A stretch of 64,000 bases of DNA. Source: Chrysomallon squamiferum (lineage: Eukaryota > Animalia > Mollusca). Position 1 is the stretch's first letter. Each line of letters begins with the position of its first letter. The translations under genes and the position numbers were made by a program. Shown here in pieces: positions 1-10,947 of the stretch. Location: contig CM022678.1 of NCBI GenBank assembly GCA_012295275.1, positions 6,944,001-7,008,000 of the forward strand, written 5' to 3'. The notes under the pieces are model-generated. The model was not told the origin of the DNA and did not search any database. It saw nothing but the letters and a program-made list of their open reading frames with translations.

Positions 1-89
1 CAACGTCGTTCTGCCGCAAGTGGCCAGCTACGCCTACCTCCTGGTGATGTTCACGTTGCAGGGGTTCGCCAAAGGAATAATCGTCGTCT
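1..89 (+). CDS. MFS transporter (MFSD4/sodium-dependent glucose transporter-like), internal coding exon truncated by the window start
   Basis: Frame from base 2 reads NVVLPQVASYAYLLVMFTLQGFAKGIIVV (hydrophobic, TM-like). It ends at a GTGAGT donor at 90-95 in phase 1, which matches the acceptor at 1126 and joins as ...GIIVV-Y-SIELCNSLW... Confidence 0.8.
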
Positions 90-1126
90 GTGAGTTAATG
101 ACGTTGTGAACGTGATAACGATGTCGAATATATTATACAGATTCCAGGGCAATTAAGTTTAACTGACATATTTTATTATACATATTCCAGGGCTGATGGT
201 GAATCATACAGAACCTAGGTTTAAATGACATGTTACCGATTATGCAGACTCCTGGGCAATTTTTGCATAATTAAATTTAACGGTCCGAGCACGAAGACAA
301 AAGTGTAACGTTCAATAACAGCAGGGCTTTTGCGAGATAATTACTTTTGAAATCAAATGCATGTGTTTCGTTAGCGCGTTCATTTTTATTACTGTTGCTT
401 TTATTACTATTTTGTTTATGCCATTGCTTGTATTCTTCTTCTTCTTCTTTATTTCTTTATTTGTTTATTTCCACACTTTCTTTTTATATGTTCATCCGTG
501 CTTTAGTATAGCCTTTATGTTCACGAGTTCGTGTCTCTTTGTATGAATGTTTGCGTATTTTTGTTTTAGTATGTGCATATGTTTATCAAAAGCGTGTAAT
601 TGTGTCTTCAACTCTTTCACTAGCTTCAAATATTCTTTCCTGTAAAGTTAAAAATATATATAAAAATATACTTTCTTTAGTATATTATAGAGTATTATAT
701 TCCATATGCAAGGAAGGAACTCAACATGAAACTGTGCTTTCTATAAAATGACGGACCTATCTCTAATGATTTAACCAACATAAACTAGATCTCTAAAAAA
801 AATTGCAGACTATTTTCTTAACTTACTTACTATATTTAGTCTGTTGTCAGCATATTTGTAAGATCAGCTGCTAGGAAGTGTTTATAATAATAATAATGAT
901 GTGTTTGTCCGGACCCCATCAAAGGATAGAGTTTTAGCGTGGACTCAGTTTATTCAGAAATGTTTTTGTTATTATGACTAGGATATATGACGTCTATGTT
1001 AATATATTTTAACAAAGGAACCCAAGTTTGAATAAGGATTCAGTAGAAATTTAACTATGATTCCAAATCTTCTTAACAAAAAAAGTCAAATAATTGTAGA
1101 CATTTTTTTCTCATTTCATGTTACAG

Positions 1127-2202
1127 ATTCGATTGAACTGTGCAACTCACTGTGGGAGAAAAAAGGAGTTCCTTTCCAGTTCATTCTCTGCGGAACAATG
1201 GCCGGGGCCGTGATAGGTCCTCTCCTAACCCAGCCGTTTCTCTGCAACAAGAAACACGTCCACGAAGACCTGTCTTTGAACGGCCTCATTTCTCGCAGTA
1301 ACAGTTCGCTGAGGTCTGTGACAAACTCCAGTCACCCCGCGTACACAGGTTCAAACAACACACAGAACAGATCTTCTTCTAGCGTTGCGTCATCCAGCGA
1401 CGTCTGCACGGCCGAAGATTCACGAGTCCAGCTCGCTTACGTGTTGCTAGGATGCATCACTCTGCCATGCGCACTGGCCTTCGCTTACTACTGGATCAGA
1501 AACCGAAATGGCGGTCACCAAAATCCCGTGTCTCCTCCGTACAAGACTTTGGAATCGTCGACAGAGATCGTGCAAAAGAGGTTGTATTACACCTTCCTGG
1601 TGTTTTTATTTTTCTATTTTTTACCAGTGATTGGTAACTTGGTTCTCTACGGCACTTTCCTGACGGCGTTCGGAGTCTACGGACCTCTTCGCGTTTCCAA
1701 AGACTCCATGGTGATGATGACGTCACTGCTGTTTGCGTCGTGTCTGATCGGACGGATCGTTAACACGGTGATAACCCCGTGTTGCGGGACTTTGAAAATC
1801 ATCGTAGTGAACATTCTGGCGCTGTTAGTAACCGGAATACTCCTCATAACCGTGGGACAACAGTTCAAGGTCGTTCTATGGATTTGTACAGCGGCTTTTG
1901 GCTTCTTTTCTTCCCCACTCTCGGGAGCTGGATTCGCGTGGACGGCGGAGCAGATTTCTCTTCATCCGTCCGTCGTCTCGTTCTGCGTGTTCAGCATCAG
2001 CGTAGGAAAGATGATTCTGCTCTTTCTCGGAGGAATCGTGTTTCACCGCTACGGTCCGACCAGCTATTTTTACCTGGTCGTGTTTATGGTCGTGCTTCAA
2101 ATGCTGGTTTTCGTTGTCCTCTTTCTTTTAGCTCGCCGACTTAAACACACAGAGAGCGCGTTCGTCGTGAAAAGAGAAATCGTTGTTGAAAGTGAAAATT
2201 AA
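1127..2202 (+). CDS. MFS transporter (MFSD4-like), terminal coding exon
   Basis: Pyrimidine tract plus CAG at 1124-1126. The ORF has LWxxKxxPFQ...GAVIGPLLTQPFL, a Ser/Asn-rich loop, about 8 hydrophobic helices and GR in a TM8-like segment. Stop TAA at 2200-2202. The first 23 residues of ORF 1057 are intronic. Confidence 0.85.
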
Positions 2203-2420
2203 AATGTAATTTTGTAAGTTTTGGATGCATCTAAATATATATTAAATATTGAAATATCAGTGAATCTTTATCTAATTTTTGTTTTCGTTTTTTTTGTTTT
2301 TCTTTTCTTTTGCTATTATTATATTAATATTATTTTTGTTGTTTTCTTCTTCTTTTCTTCAACTAATTATTGTTGTTATTTTTCTTCTTATTATTAATAT
2401 TATTATCATTGTTATTATTA

Positions 2421-2455
<35 letters not shown>

Positions 2456-3302
2456 GCCGTTGTTGCTGTTGTTGTTGCATCGAGTGCCGCTGCTGCTGTC
2501 ATTTTTCTTTTTGTTCTTAGTATCGTTGTCATAATAGTATCATCGTCATCATCATCATCATCATGAATTTTCTCATTTCTGTTGTTATTTTTAGCATAAG
2601 CCCCGTTTGCAGAGATTTCTACTAAAGGGTGCGTAATCGACAAACAAAATGACTGCAGGTGCTGTTATCTCCCCTACATCGTTTTATTTTTATTTTTATT
2701 TTTATTTTTTTATTTTTTCTTCTCTTTTTTTTTAAAAATTATTTTATACTAGTATTCAGAATGCAGTAGGTGCGTTATCTGCATTCAGGGAAGTAAATGG
2801 CAAGGGAGATAATGATTCCAATACGGATTCACAGAAAAATTAACGACATTGGTAACGTTAAAGGAAATTTCTACTGTCTGTTACGATATGGGACTCGTCA
2901 TAATTGAGAAAACATCATACAGTTGTTTTCATTTTCCCCCCCCCACACCCCACCCACCCACACCCCAGCAGACTCTGGGGGTAACGTACGCATCCCTCAC
3001 AATCCCCTGAATAGAGAGACCTGGTAGTAGCAATATTAGTATTAGTATTAGTATTAGTATTAGTAGTAGTAGTAGTAGTAGTAGTAGAAGTAGTCGTAGT
3101 GGTAGCAGCAGAAGCAGACGTTTTTAACTGGTCGTAGTATATGTACCACTTTTCTTGCTGTTGCTGAAATCAAACTGCAAATAGAACTGTGTAACAATAG
3201 CGAAAATAAATATTTCTTTTCAAATCACTGTCTTATTATTTGCTAAACAACTCCCAAATACAGCGGCGGGGGGGGGCTCTATAGCATTCCCCCCCAAACA
3301 TC

Positions 3303-4349
3303 TTAGGGCATCACTGACCTATCTAAATCTGGTTTCGGTTTAGGATAACCCATTCTAAATCGCATAAGTCTGAGAGTGCCACCGACGTAGATTTTATCCA
3401 CCGTCCCAAACGGTTGTCGGTGTCGAAACAGATGATATTTCAAACCGTTCACCGCGATCTCGTAATCCTGAACGCGAACCACGATCTTAACCTGGATTTG
3501 TTCACCCCGAACGAGCTTACGCCCATTTTCCGAGTCCAGCCATGTTCCATTCTCCGCCCTGGAAGCGAACGTTATGGCTGAAACTTGGTAGTCGTTCACG
3601 TAGAGCCTCATCGTGAAGGGCAGTGACGCAGAACCGCTGAACAGATGCATAACGAAGATGCACGTCTTCCTCAACGCTACGGCTGTCACCTCTATGGAAG
3701 AAGCCACGTCTAAAGGGGCAGGGGATCGAAACGTTCAGCTCCGTCACCGCTCGTCTTCTGATCAGCGAGAAGGTGCAGTTGTGCTGCTGGAACCGTCTCG
3801 ACTTGAAACAGTCGATAACTCGAACTCCAGAGCACGAACTGTAAGAAGAATTGCATCCGTACGCCGTCACGTTCGTTAGCGGCAAGTCGAGGTATTCCGT
3901 ACGTCCTGAGTCCTCATCGTCGTCGTCGTTGTTGTTGTTGTTGTTGTCCCGAGTGACGACGACGTCGCACGAAGGTCGGTGCAGTCTGTCGACTCGACAT
4001 ATCGACCGGTTCGGACACGTCGTGCGTGTCGCGCAGCACGGACCCGAAATCGAGTCCGGCCATTCCGTCACGTGACTGATTAGTATCGGATCTCCTGCCT
4101 TCCCGTCGTCCCCCGCCGGGGTTTCGACTCGTCCGTCCAGCAAGAGACAGCGGAGAGTTTTCTTGTCGAAGCTGACGGTTTGACATCGAGGACTCAGCTT
4201 GCAGCTCGCCGCACAGGAGAACTGAGAAGAGTTGGGAAGATCTTCCAGAACCTTCGCCTCGTTTGACTGCGCCTCGAGTTCTTTCGTTTGTTTGGGGCTT
4301 ACCCTTGAAGACGAGACGCAGAACAGGACAGCACATACCAGACTTTTAG
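3303..4349 (-). CDS. Apple-galectin gene 1, exon 2: PAN/Apple-like domain + Cys-rich module + partial sushi-like segment + galectin-like domain, with one +1 frameshift near 3711-3718
   Basis: Acceptor TTTTCAG ends at 4350. PAN-like pattern CAASCKLSPRCQTVSFDKKTLRCLL. WPDSISGPCC..TCP..SICRVDR..PSC module. Galectin-type C-terminus YEIAVNGLKYHLFRHRQPFGTVDKIYVGG. ORFs 3517-4371 and 3303-3707 join as IPCP-LDVASSIEV (paralogue IPLP-LCVGASVEV) when one base is removed from CCCCTTTA, giving about 351 aa with exon 1. Confidence 0.75.
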
Positions 4350-4464
4350 CTGAAAACAACAACAACAACAACGTGGAAATAACTAAATGTTATAGAGAAT
4401 AAAAAAAATATATAACGATCCAGTCTGAATCGTTTATTATTCGATTATGTTTTTGAATAGAATT

Positions 4465-4805
4465 CAGGTTGAGGATCCGTGATCTGAAATTCCGAAAAGC
4501 TCCGAAAAGCTCCGAAAAGCTCCGAAAATCTCCGAAATCGGAAACGATTTCCGAGCAAAAGGAAATAATAATATCTTACAGTTTCCGGACATATACAAAC
4601 CGTATTTTATGCACACAATTATTAAAACTATTGTTTATAAAGCCCTGCAGACTATCTGTGTTAGCTATATACGAAAAGTAAATGGTATTTATATTTGAAC
4701 ATAGATTCTATTCTTATGCTGTCTCTTTACATTCTTAATCCGAAATATTCCGAAATTTGAAAAACTTCCGGTCCCAAGAATTTCGGATAAATGATTCTCA
4801 AGTAG
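4465..4805. mobile_element. Non-autonomous pogo/Tigger-type DNA transposon (MITE), Tigger4/Zombi(MER46)-like, in intron 1 of Apple-galectin gene 1
   Basis: Left end CAGGTTGAGGATCCGTGATCTGAAATT and right end AATTTCGGATAAATGATTCTCAAGTAG followed by TA form imperfect TIRs. Subterminal TCCGAAA repeats at both ends. The right end ACTTCCGGTCCCAAGAATTTCGGATAA resembles the Tigger4 end as I recall it (not database-checked). Confidence 0.7.
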
Positions 4806-5641
4806 TATAGTAGAAGCAGCAATAGCAGTGGAAGTAGTAATAGTAGTAATAGTAGTAATAGTAGCTGGAGTAAAACTAGCAACAACAGCAGTGGTAACAG
4901 TGCTAACTGATTAGTAGTAGTAGTAGTAGTGGTAATAGAAGTAGTAGTAATAGAAGTAGTAGTAGTAGTAGTAATAGTAGTAATAGTAGTAGTAGTAGTA
5001 ATAGTAGTAATAGTAGCTGGAGTAAAAATAGCAACAACAGCAGTGGTAACAGTGCTAACTGATTAGTAGTAGTAGTAGTAGTGGTAATAGAAGTAGTAGT
5101 AATAGAAGTAGTAGTAGTAGTAGTGATAGAAATAGTAGTAATAATACAAGTAGTAGTAATAGAAGTAGTAGTATTACTAGAAGTAGTAGTAATAGAAGTA
5201 GTATTAGTAATAGTAGTAGTAGAAGTAGTAGTAGTAATAGAAGTAGTAGTACTAGATCTAGTAGTAGTAGTAGTGATAGAAATAGTAGTAATAATACAGG
5301 TAGTAGTAATAGAAGTAGTAGAAGTAGTAGTGGTACTAGAAGTAGTAGTAGTAATAGAAGTAGTAGAAACAGTAGCAGTAATGTAAGTAGTAGTAGTACT
5401 AGAAGTAGTAGTAGTAGTAATGTAAGTAGTAGTAGTAATAGAAGTGGTAGTAGTAATACTTGAAGTAGTAATAGTAGTACTGGAAGTAGTAGTAGTAGAA
5501 GTGGTAGTAGTAATAGTAGTACTGGAAGTAGTAGTAGTAGAAGTGGTAATAGTAATACTAGAAGTAGTAATAGTAGTACTGGAAGTAGTAGTAGTAGAAG
5601 TGGTAGTAGTAATAGTAGTACTGGAAGTAGTAGTAGTAGTA
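4806..5641. repeat. Degenerate (AGT)n/(AGTAAT)n simple-repeat tract with an internal duplicated ~55-bp segment
   Basis: AGT/AAT/AGA triplets throughout. AGTAGCTGGAGTAAAA...GTGCTAACTGATTAG occurs at ~4860 and again at ~5012. Confidence 0.9.
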
Positions 5642-5657
5642 AATAAAAAATTGTTAC

Positions 5658-5667
5658 CTGCCATCAT
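5658..5667 (-). CDS. Apple-galectin gene 1, first coding exon (ATGATGGCAG)
   Basis: Minus strand reads AAA-ATG ATG GCA G|GTAAC. The phase-1 donor splices to 4349 and gives MMAAKSLVCAVLFCVSSS, a signal-peptide-like N-terminus. Confidence 0.7.
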
Positions 5668-6567
5668 TTTAGGACTGCACAACGAGAGTTTGGGAAACTG
5701 ACAGATAAAGTAGTTTTTAAACGTTCCTTCACTCCTTGTATCGGTAAATCAACATTTCAAACTGCTTTGTAAGACAGAAACCAAGATAATTTAAATGTGA
5801 TTTTTCCTCTAAAGAAAACTTGTATGTATATGTACATGTATATACATATATATATATATATATATTTGTTTCAGTTGTAGGATGAATGAGTGTAAAGTCT
5901 GACATTTACAGATAAGAGGAACATATGCATTTACATCAAATATTTAAAATCTCCTTGACGTTTTCTTTTTATTGCTAATGATTGTTAAAGCAACTGCGTG
6001 TTTACTTACTGTTTGTATTAGTAACGTTCGTTATATGCCAGTGGTAGTAGTAGTAGTAGTAGTAGTAACAGTAGTAGTAGTAGTAGTAGTAGTAATAATA
6101 CTATTACTACTATTTCTAACCGTTACTATCATTATCACATAATAAATAAATAAATAAATAAATAAAGAAAGAAAAAAGAAAGAAAGAAAGAAAGAAAGAA
6201 TGAAAGAAAGAAAGAAATAATAAATAAATAAATAAATAAATAAATAGCTCATTTACGTAAATGGAATAACATTTGAACATTTATTTTCTACAACAAAATT
6301 TTTTTACACACATACTGTCACTGCAACAGTCAGTCTTTCGCGTTAAATAATAATAAAATATTTTGTCGTGCTAACACAGAAAATACTGTTCAAACAATGT
6401 TTTCTTTATAATGTTCTTCATACTCCATTCTCTCCGTCTTTAGATAAATACAGTTCTGTTATTTCTCTGAATTTCTTGTGTCTTTTGTTTTGTCTTTTAT
6501 TAATGTCTGTATCCCCTTTCATTGCGAGGCAAGTGATCGTGTACAGTTGGCTGATAGAATGGTGAAG

Positions 6568-8550
6568 TTTGGTTGTTGTTTGGTTGATGTTTGGTTGTTG
6601 TTTGGTTGATGTTCGGTTGTTGTTTGGTTGATGTTTGGTTGATGTTTGGTTGTTGTTTGGTTGTTGTTTGGTTTTTGTTTAGTTGTTGTTTGGTTGATGT
6701 TTGGTTGATGTGTGGTTGTTGTTTGGTTGTTGTTCGGTTGTTGTTTGGTTTTTGTTTAGTTGTTGTTTGGTTGATGTTTGGTTGATGTGTGGTTGTTGTT
6801 TGGTTGTTGTTTGGTTGATGTTTGGTTTTTGTTTAGTTGTTGTTTGGTTGATGTTTGGTTGATGTGTGGTTGTTGTTTGGTTGTTGCTCGGTTGTTGTTT
6901 GGTTGATGTTTGGTTGTTGTTTGGTTGATGTTCGGTTGTTGTTTGGTTGATGTTTGGTTGATGTTTGGTTGTTGTTTGGTTGTTGTTTGGTTTTTGTTTA
7001 GTTGTTGTTTGGTTGATGTTTGGTTGATGTGTGGTTGTTGTTTGGTTGTTGTTCGGTTGTTGTTTGGTTTTTGTTTAGTTGTTGTTTGGTTGATGCTTGG
7101 TTGATGTGTGGTTGTTGTTTGGTTGTTGTTTGGTTGATGTTTGGTTTTTGTTTAGTTGTTGTTTGGTTGATGTTTGGTTGATGTGTGGTTGTTGTTTGGT
7201 TGTTGTTTGGTTGATGTTTGGTTTTTGTTTAGTTGTTGTTTGGTTGATGTTTGGTTGATGTGTGGTTGTTGTTTGGTTGTTGTTCGGTTGTTGTTTGGTT
7301 GATGTGTGGTTGTTGTTTGGTTGTTGTTTGGTTGATGTTTGGTTTTTGTTTAGTTGTTGTTTGGTTGATGTTTGGTTGATGTGTGGTTGTTGTTTGGTTG
7401 TTGTTCGGTTGTTGTTTGGTTGATGTGTGGTTGTTGTTTGGTTGTTGTTTGGTTGATGTTTGGTTTTTGTTTGGTTTTTGCTTGGTTGATGTTTGGTTGA
7501 TGTGTGGTTGTTGTTTGGTTGTTGTTTGGTTGATGTTTGGTTTTTGTTTAGTTGTTGTTTGGTTGATGTTTGGTTGATGTGTGGTTGTTGTTTGGTTGTT
7601 GTTCGGTTGTTGTTTGGTTGATGTGTGGTTGTTGTTTGGTTGTTGTTTGGTTGATGTTTGGTTTTTGTTTAGTTGTTGTTTGGTTGATGTTTGGTTGATG
7701 TGTGGTTGTTGTTTGGTTGTTGTTTGGTTGATGTTTGGTTTTTGTTTAGTTGTTGTTTGGTTGATGTTTGGTTGATGTGTGGTTGTTGTTTGGTTGTTGT
7801 TCGGTTGATGTTTGGTTTTTGTTTAGTTGTTGTTTGGTTGATGTTTGGTTGATGTGTGGTTGTTGTTTGGTTGTTGTTTGGTTGATGTTTGGTTTTGTTT
7901 AGTTGTTGTTTGGTTGATGTTTGGTTGATGTGTGGTTGTTGTTTGGTTGTTGTTCGGTTGTTGTTTGGTTGATGTTGGTTGTTGTTTTGGTTGTTGTTTG
8001 GTTGATGTTTGGTTTTGTTTGGTTTTTTGCTTGGTTGATGTTTGGTTGATGTGTGGTTGTTGTTTGGTTGTTGTTTGGTTGATGTTTGGTTTTGTTTAGT
8101 TGTTGTTTGGTTGATGTTTGGTTGATGTGTGGTTGTTGTTTGGTTGTTGTTTGGTTGATGGTTGGTTGATGTGTGGTTGTTGTTTGGTTGTTGTTTGGTT
8201 GATGTTTGGTTTTTGTTTAGTTGTTGTTTGGTTGATGTTTGGTTGATGTGTGGTTGTTGTTTGGTTGTTGTTCGGTTGTTGTTTGGTTGATGTTTGGTTG
8301 ATGTGTGGTTGTTGTTTGGTTGTTGTTTGGTTTTTGTTTGGTTGATGTTTGGTTCTTGTTTGGTTCTTGTTTGGTAGATGATTGGTTGTTGTTTGGTAGA
8401 TGTTTTGTTGTTGTTTGGTTGTTGCTTGGTTGATGTTTGGTTGTTGTTTGGTTGTTGTTTGGTTGTTGTTTGGTTGATGTTTGGTTGTTGTTTGGTTGAT
8501 GTTTGGTTGTTATTTGGTTGTTGTTTGGTTGATGTTTGGTTGTTGTTTTC
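6568..8550. repeat. 11-bp minisatellite (TTTGGTTGTTG / TTTGGTTGATG variants), ~2 kb, with higher-order structure
   Basis: The 11-bp period is directly visible. A recurring 7-unit (77-bp) block is marked by TGTGG and TTTAG variants. Near-identical pseudo-ORFs are offset by 198 bp (18x11) and 319 bp (29x11). Confidence 0.95.
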
Positions 8551-8893
8551 TTAACGTTTGGCTGGAGGTTTGGTTGATCCGGCTGTTTGAAGTTAGGCTA
8601 GTTGACTGGTTCTTTGTTGGTTGGTTGACGTCACGTTGGTTGTATTCGTGTACAGTTAGCTTCTTTGGTCAGTGGCTGCGACGGACACGCCCGCTGACCT
8701 GTCAGAAAGCGTGCCCGTCGTAGACGTGCTTCACAACAGCTCGCTCTGATTAGCACATTAATGTTGTTTTTTTCAAGGTTCAAGTGGTTCAGTTTGGTTG
8801 TTTGGGTTGGTGAAGAGAAATGGTTGATGTTTGGTTGATCTGAGTGAAATAAATGAAATTATGATGACCGATTGGTTAGTGTTATTGTTGTTG

Positions 8894-8928
<35 letters not shown>

Positions 8929-9329
8929 GCTACATTATTATTAGTATTATTGTTATTGTTACTATTGCTATTATTACTATTATCATTACTATTGCTGCAT
9001 TATTATTATTATTATTGTTACTGTTACTGTTGCTATTATTATTATTATTATTGTTGTTGTTGTTGTTATTATTATTATTATGATTTATTTATTTATTTAT
9101 TTATATTTATTTATATTTTTATTTTTATTTTGTCTCAAGACTGCCTTTCGTAGAAAGTAAAATTTTACATCATATCTTTTCTGGATCTGGGGAGACGAAA
9201 TATAAATTTGAAACAGTCTGACATGTACATATTTTATATTTGTCATCTTACATATTTGATGTCTGACATTCAGAGTCTTCTCCGTTTTCCTTCTAAAAAA
9301 AAAAGAAAAAAAAAAAGAATAGAGATGAC

Positions 9330-9360
<31 letters not shown>

Positions 9361-9720
9361 TTAGTAATAATAATAATAATGACAAACAGAAAGAAAAAAA
9401 AACAAAACAATGACATTAAAACAGGCTTGTTGTATGCTGCACATTTCAAAGTTTACTGCGTTTGTGTTTTAATGTGTGTGTATGTATAACTGTGTGATGT
9501 TTATTTAAATGAGTGTGTGTGTGAGCGTGTTGTTGTTGTTTTTGTATGGGGGGTTATGCACGTAATTTGATGGTTAGAAAGGCGGGTGTGGTCTGGCCCC
9601 TTGGAATGCCGGGATAGTTCCCGGTGAATCCCACTGTGTAGGTGTGTGCGTGTGTGTGAGTGCGTGTGTGTGAGTGCGTGTATATGTGATTGTGATCGTG
9701 AGATTGCGTGTTTTTTCGGT

Positions 9721-9795
<75 letters not shown>

Positions 9796-10025
9796 GGTGT
9801 ATGCATGCACTTATGCCTTTCAGTGTTTATTTGTGAACATCGAAGTATGTGTAGATATATTGCATACTTAACTCTAAGTTTGTCGACATTTCCAAAGAAC
9901 TAAAGTCAAACCTGATATCTTAGTCGAAAAGAAAGACCAGACAATGGGCTTTGTTTGAGAATAAATAATAGAAACTGGAAATATAACTATCCATACATAA
10001 TAAATAACAGAAAACAAATTTCGCC

Positions 10026-10099
<74 letters not shown>

Positions 10100-10286
10100 A
10101 AAAAAAAAAATATGTAAAAAAAAAAAAAAAATAAAAAAAAAAAAATAAAAGAACTTTTTTTTTCTGTTTTGGTTCAATGTTAATTTGGAAATATTTTAAA
10201 AATTTATACGTTGGGTTTGCTATAGATTTCAAAGCTAAAATGTTTCTTTTTAAGTAGAAAGACATTAAATACAGACCACGTTGTAA

Positions 10287-10315
10287 TATAAAAGGAAAAA
10301 TGTATAGAATCATTC
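10287..10315 (+). promoter_or_regulatory. Candidate core promoter of Apple-galectin gene 2 (TATA + Inr-like)
   Basis: TATAAAAG at 10287-10294 and TCATTC at 10310-10315, about 55 nt upstream of the ATG at 10368. Confidence 0.4.
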
Positions 10316-10367
10316 TACAGAAACAAGAAGAAACTAAAAGGGTATGTGAACGCGCCATTTTGAGAAG

Positions 10368-10386
10368 ATGAAATTTCTTAGAACAG
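10368..10386 (+). CDS. Apple-galectin gene 2, first coding exon (MKFLRT)
   Basis: AAG-ATG AAA TTT CTT AGA ACA G|GTAAC. Same phase-1 CAG|GTAACA donor as gene 1. It splices to 10948 and gives MKFLRTAKSLVCAVLFCVSSS. Confidence 0.7.
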
Positions 10387-10800
10387 GTAACATTTTATAT
10401 TTATTATTATTAATAATAATTCAACTGTTACTACTACTGTTACTACTATACTACTACTATCAATACTAGTACTACAACTACTCATACTATTATTAAAACT
10501 ACTGTACAACTATTGCTGCTAACAATACTACTTATATTACAATTACTTGTACTACTATTATAGCTATTATTATTATTGTTGCTACTAGTGTCAGACTTAG
10601 TAGTACTATTACTATTAATACTGCTACTATTGCAGCTACTGTTATTATTACTACTGCCACTACTATTGCTACTACAATTATTTTGCTAGTGTATTTACTT
10701 TTCTCTCACTTGTTTTATTTTCTTCTTCCATTTTAGCTAAGTTAGTGGTATGTGCTGTCCTACTTTGTATTTTGTTCCAAAAAAAGTAAACTAACAAAAA

Positions 10801-10855
<55 letters not shown>

Positions 10856-10947
10856 GACGAAGCAATTATTGACGACATAATGCAGAAAGATTGGATGGTC
10901 ATACTTTTATTCTGAATAACGTTCTGTTTTTCCCTCTTTTTTTTCAG

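Noticed and set aside
4903-5682. 259-aa Thr-rich 'mucin-like' ORF
   Set aside because: It is read-through from the real first exon (MMAG) past the GTAAC donor into an (ACT)n intronic microsatellite.
6591-8723. Repeated 64-aa hydrophobic Cys/Trp ORFs
   Set aside because: They are translations of the 11-bp minisatellite, with non-ATG starts and no splice or coding signal.
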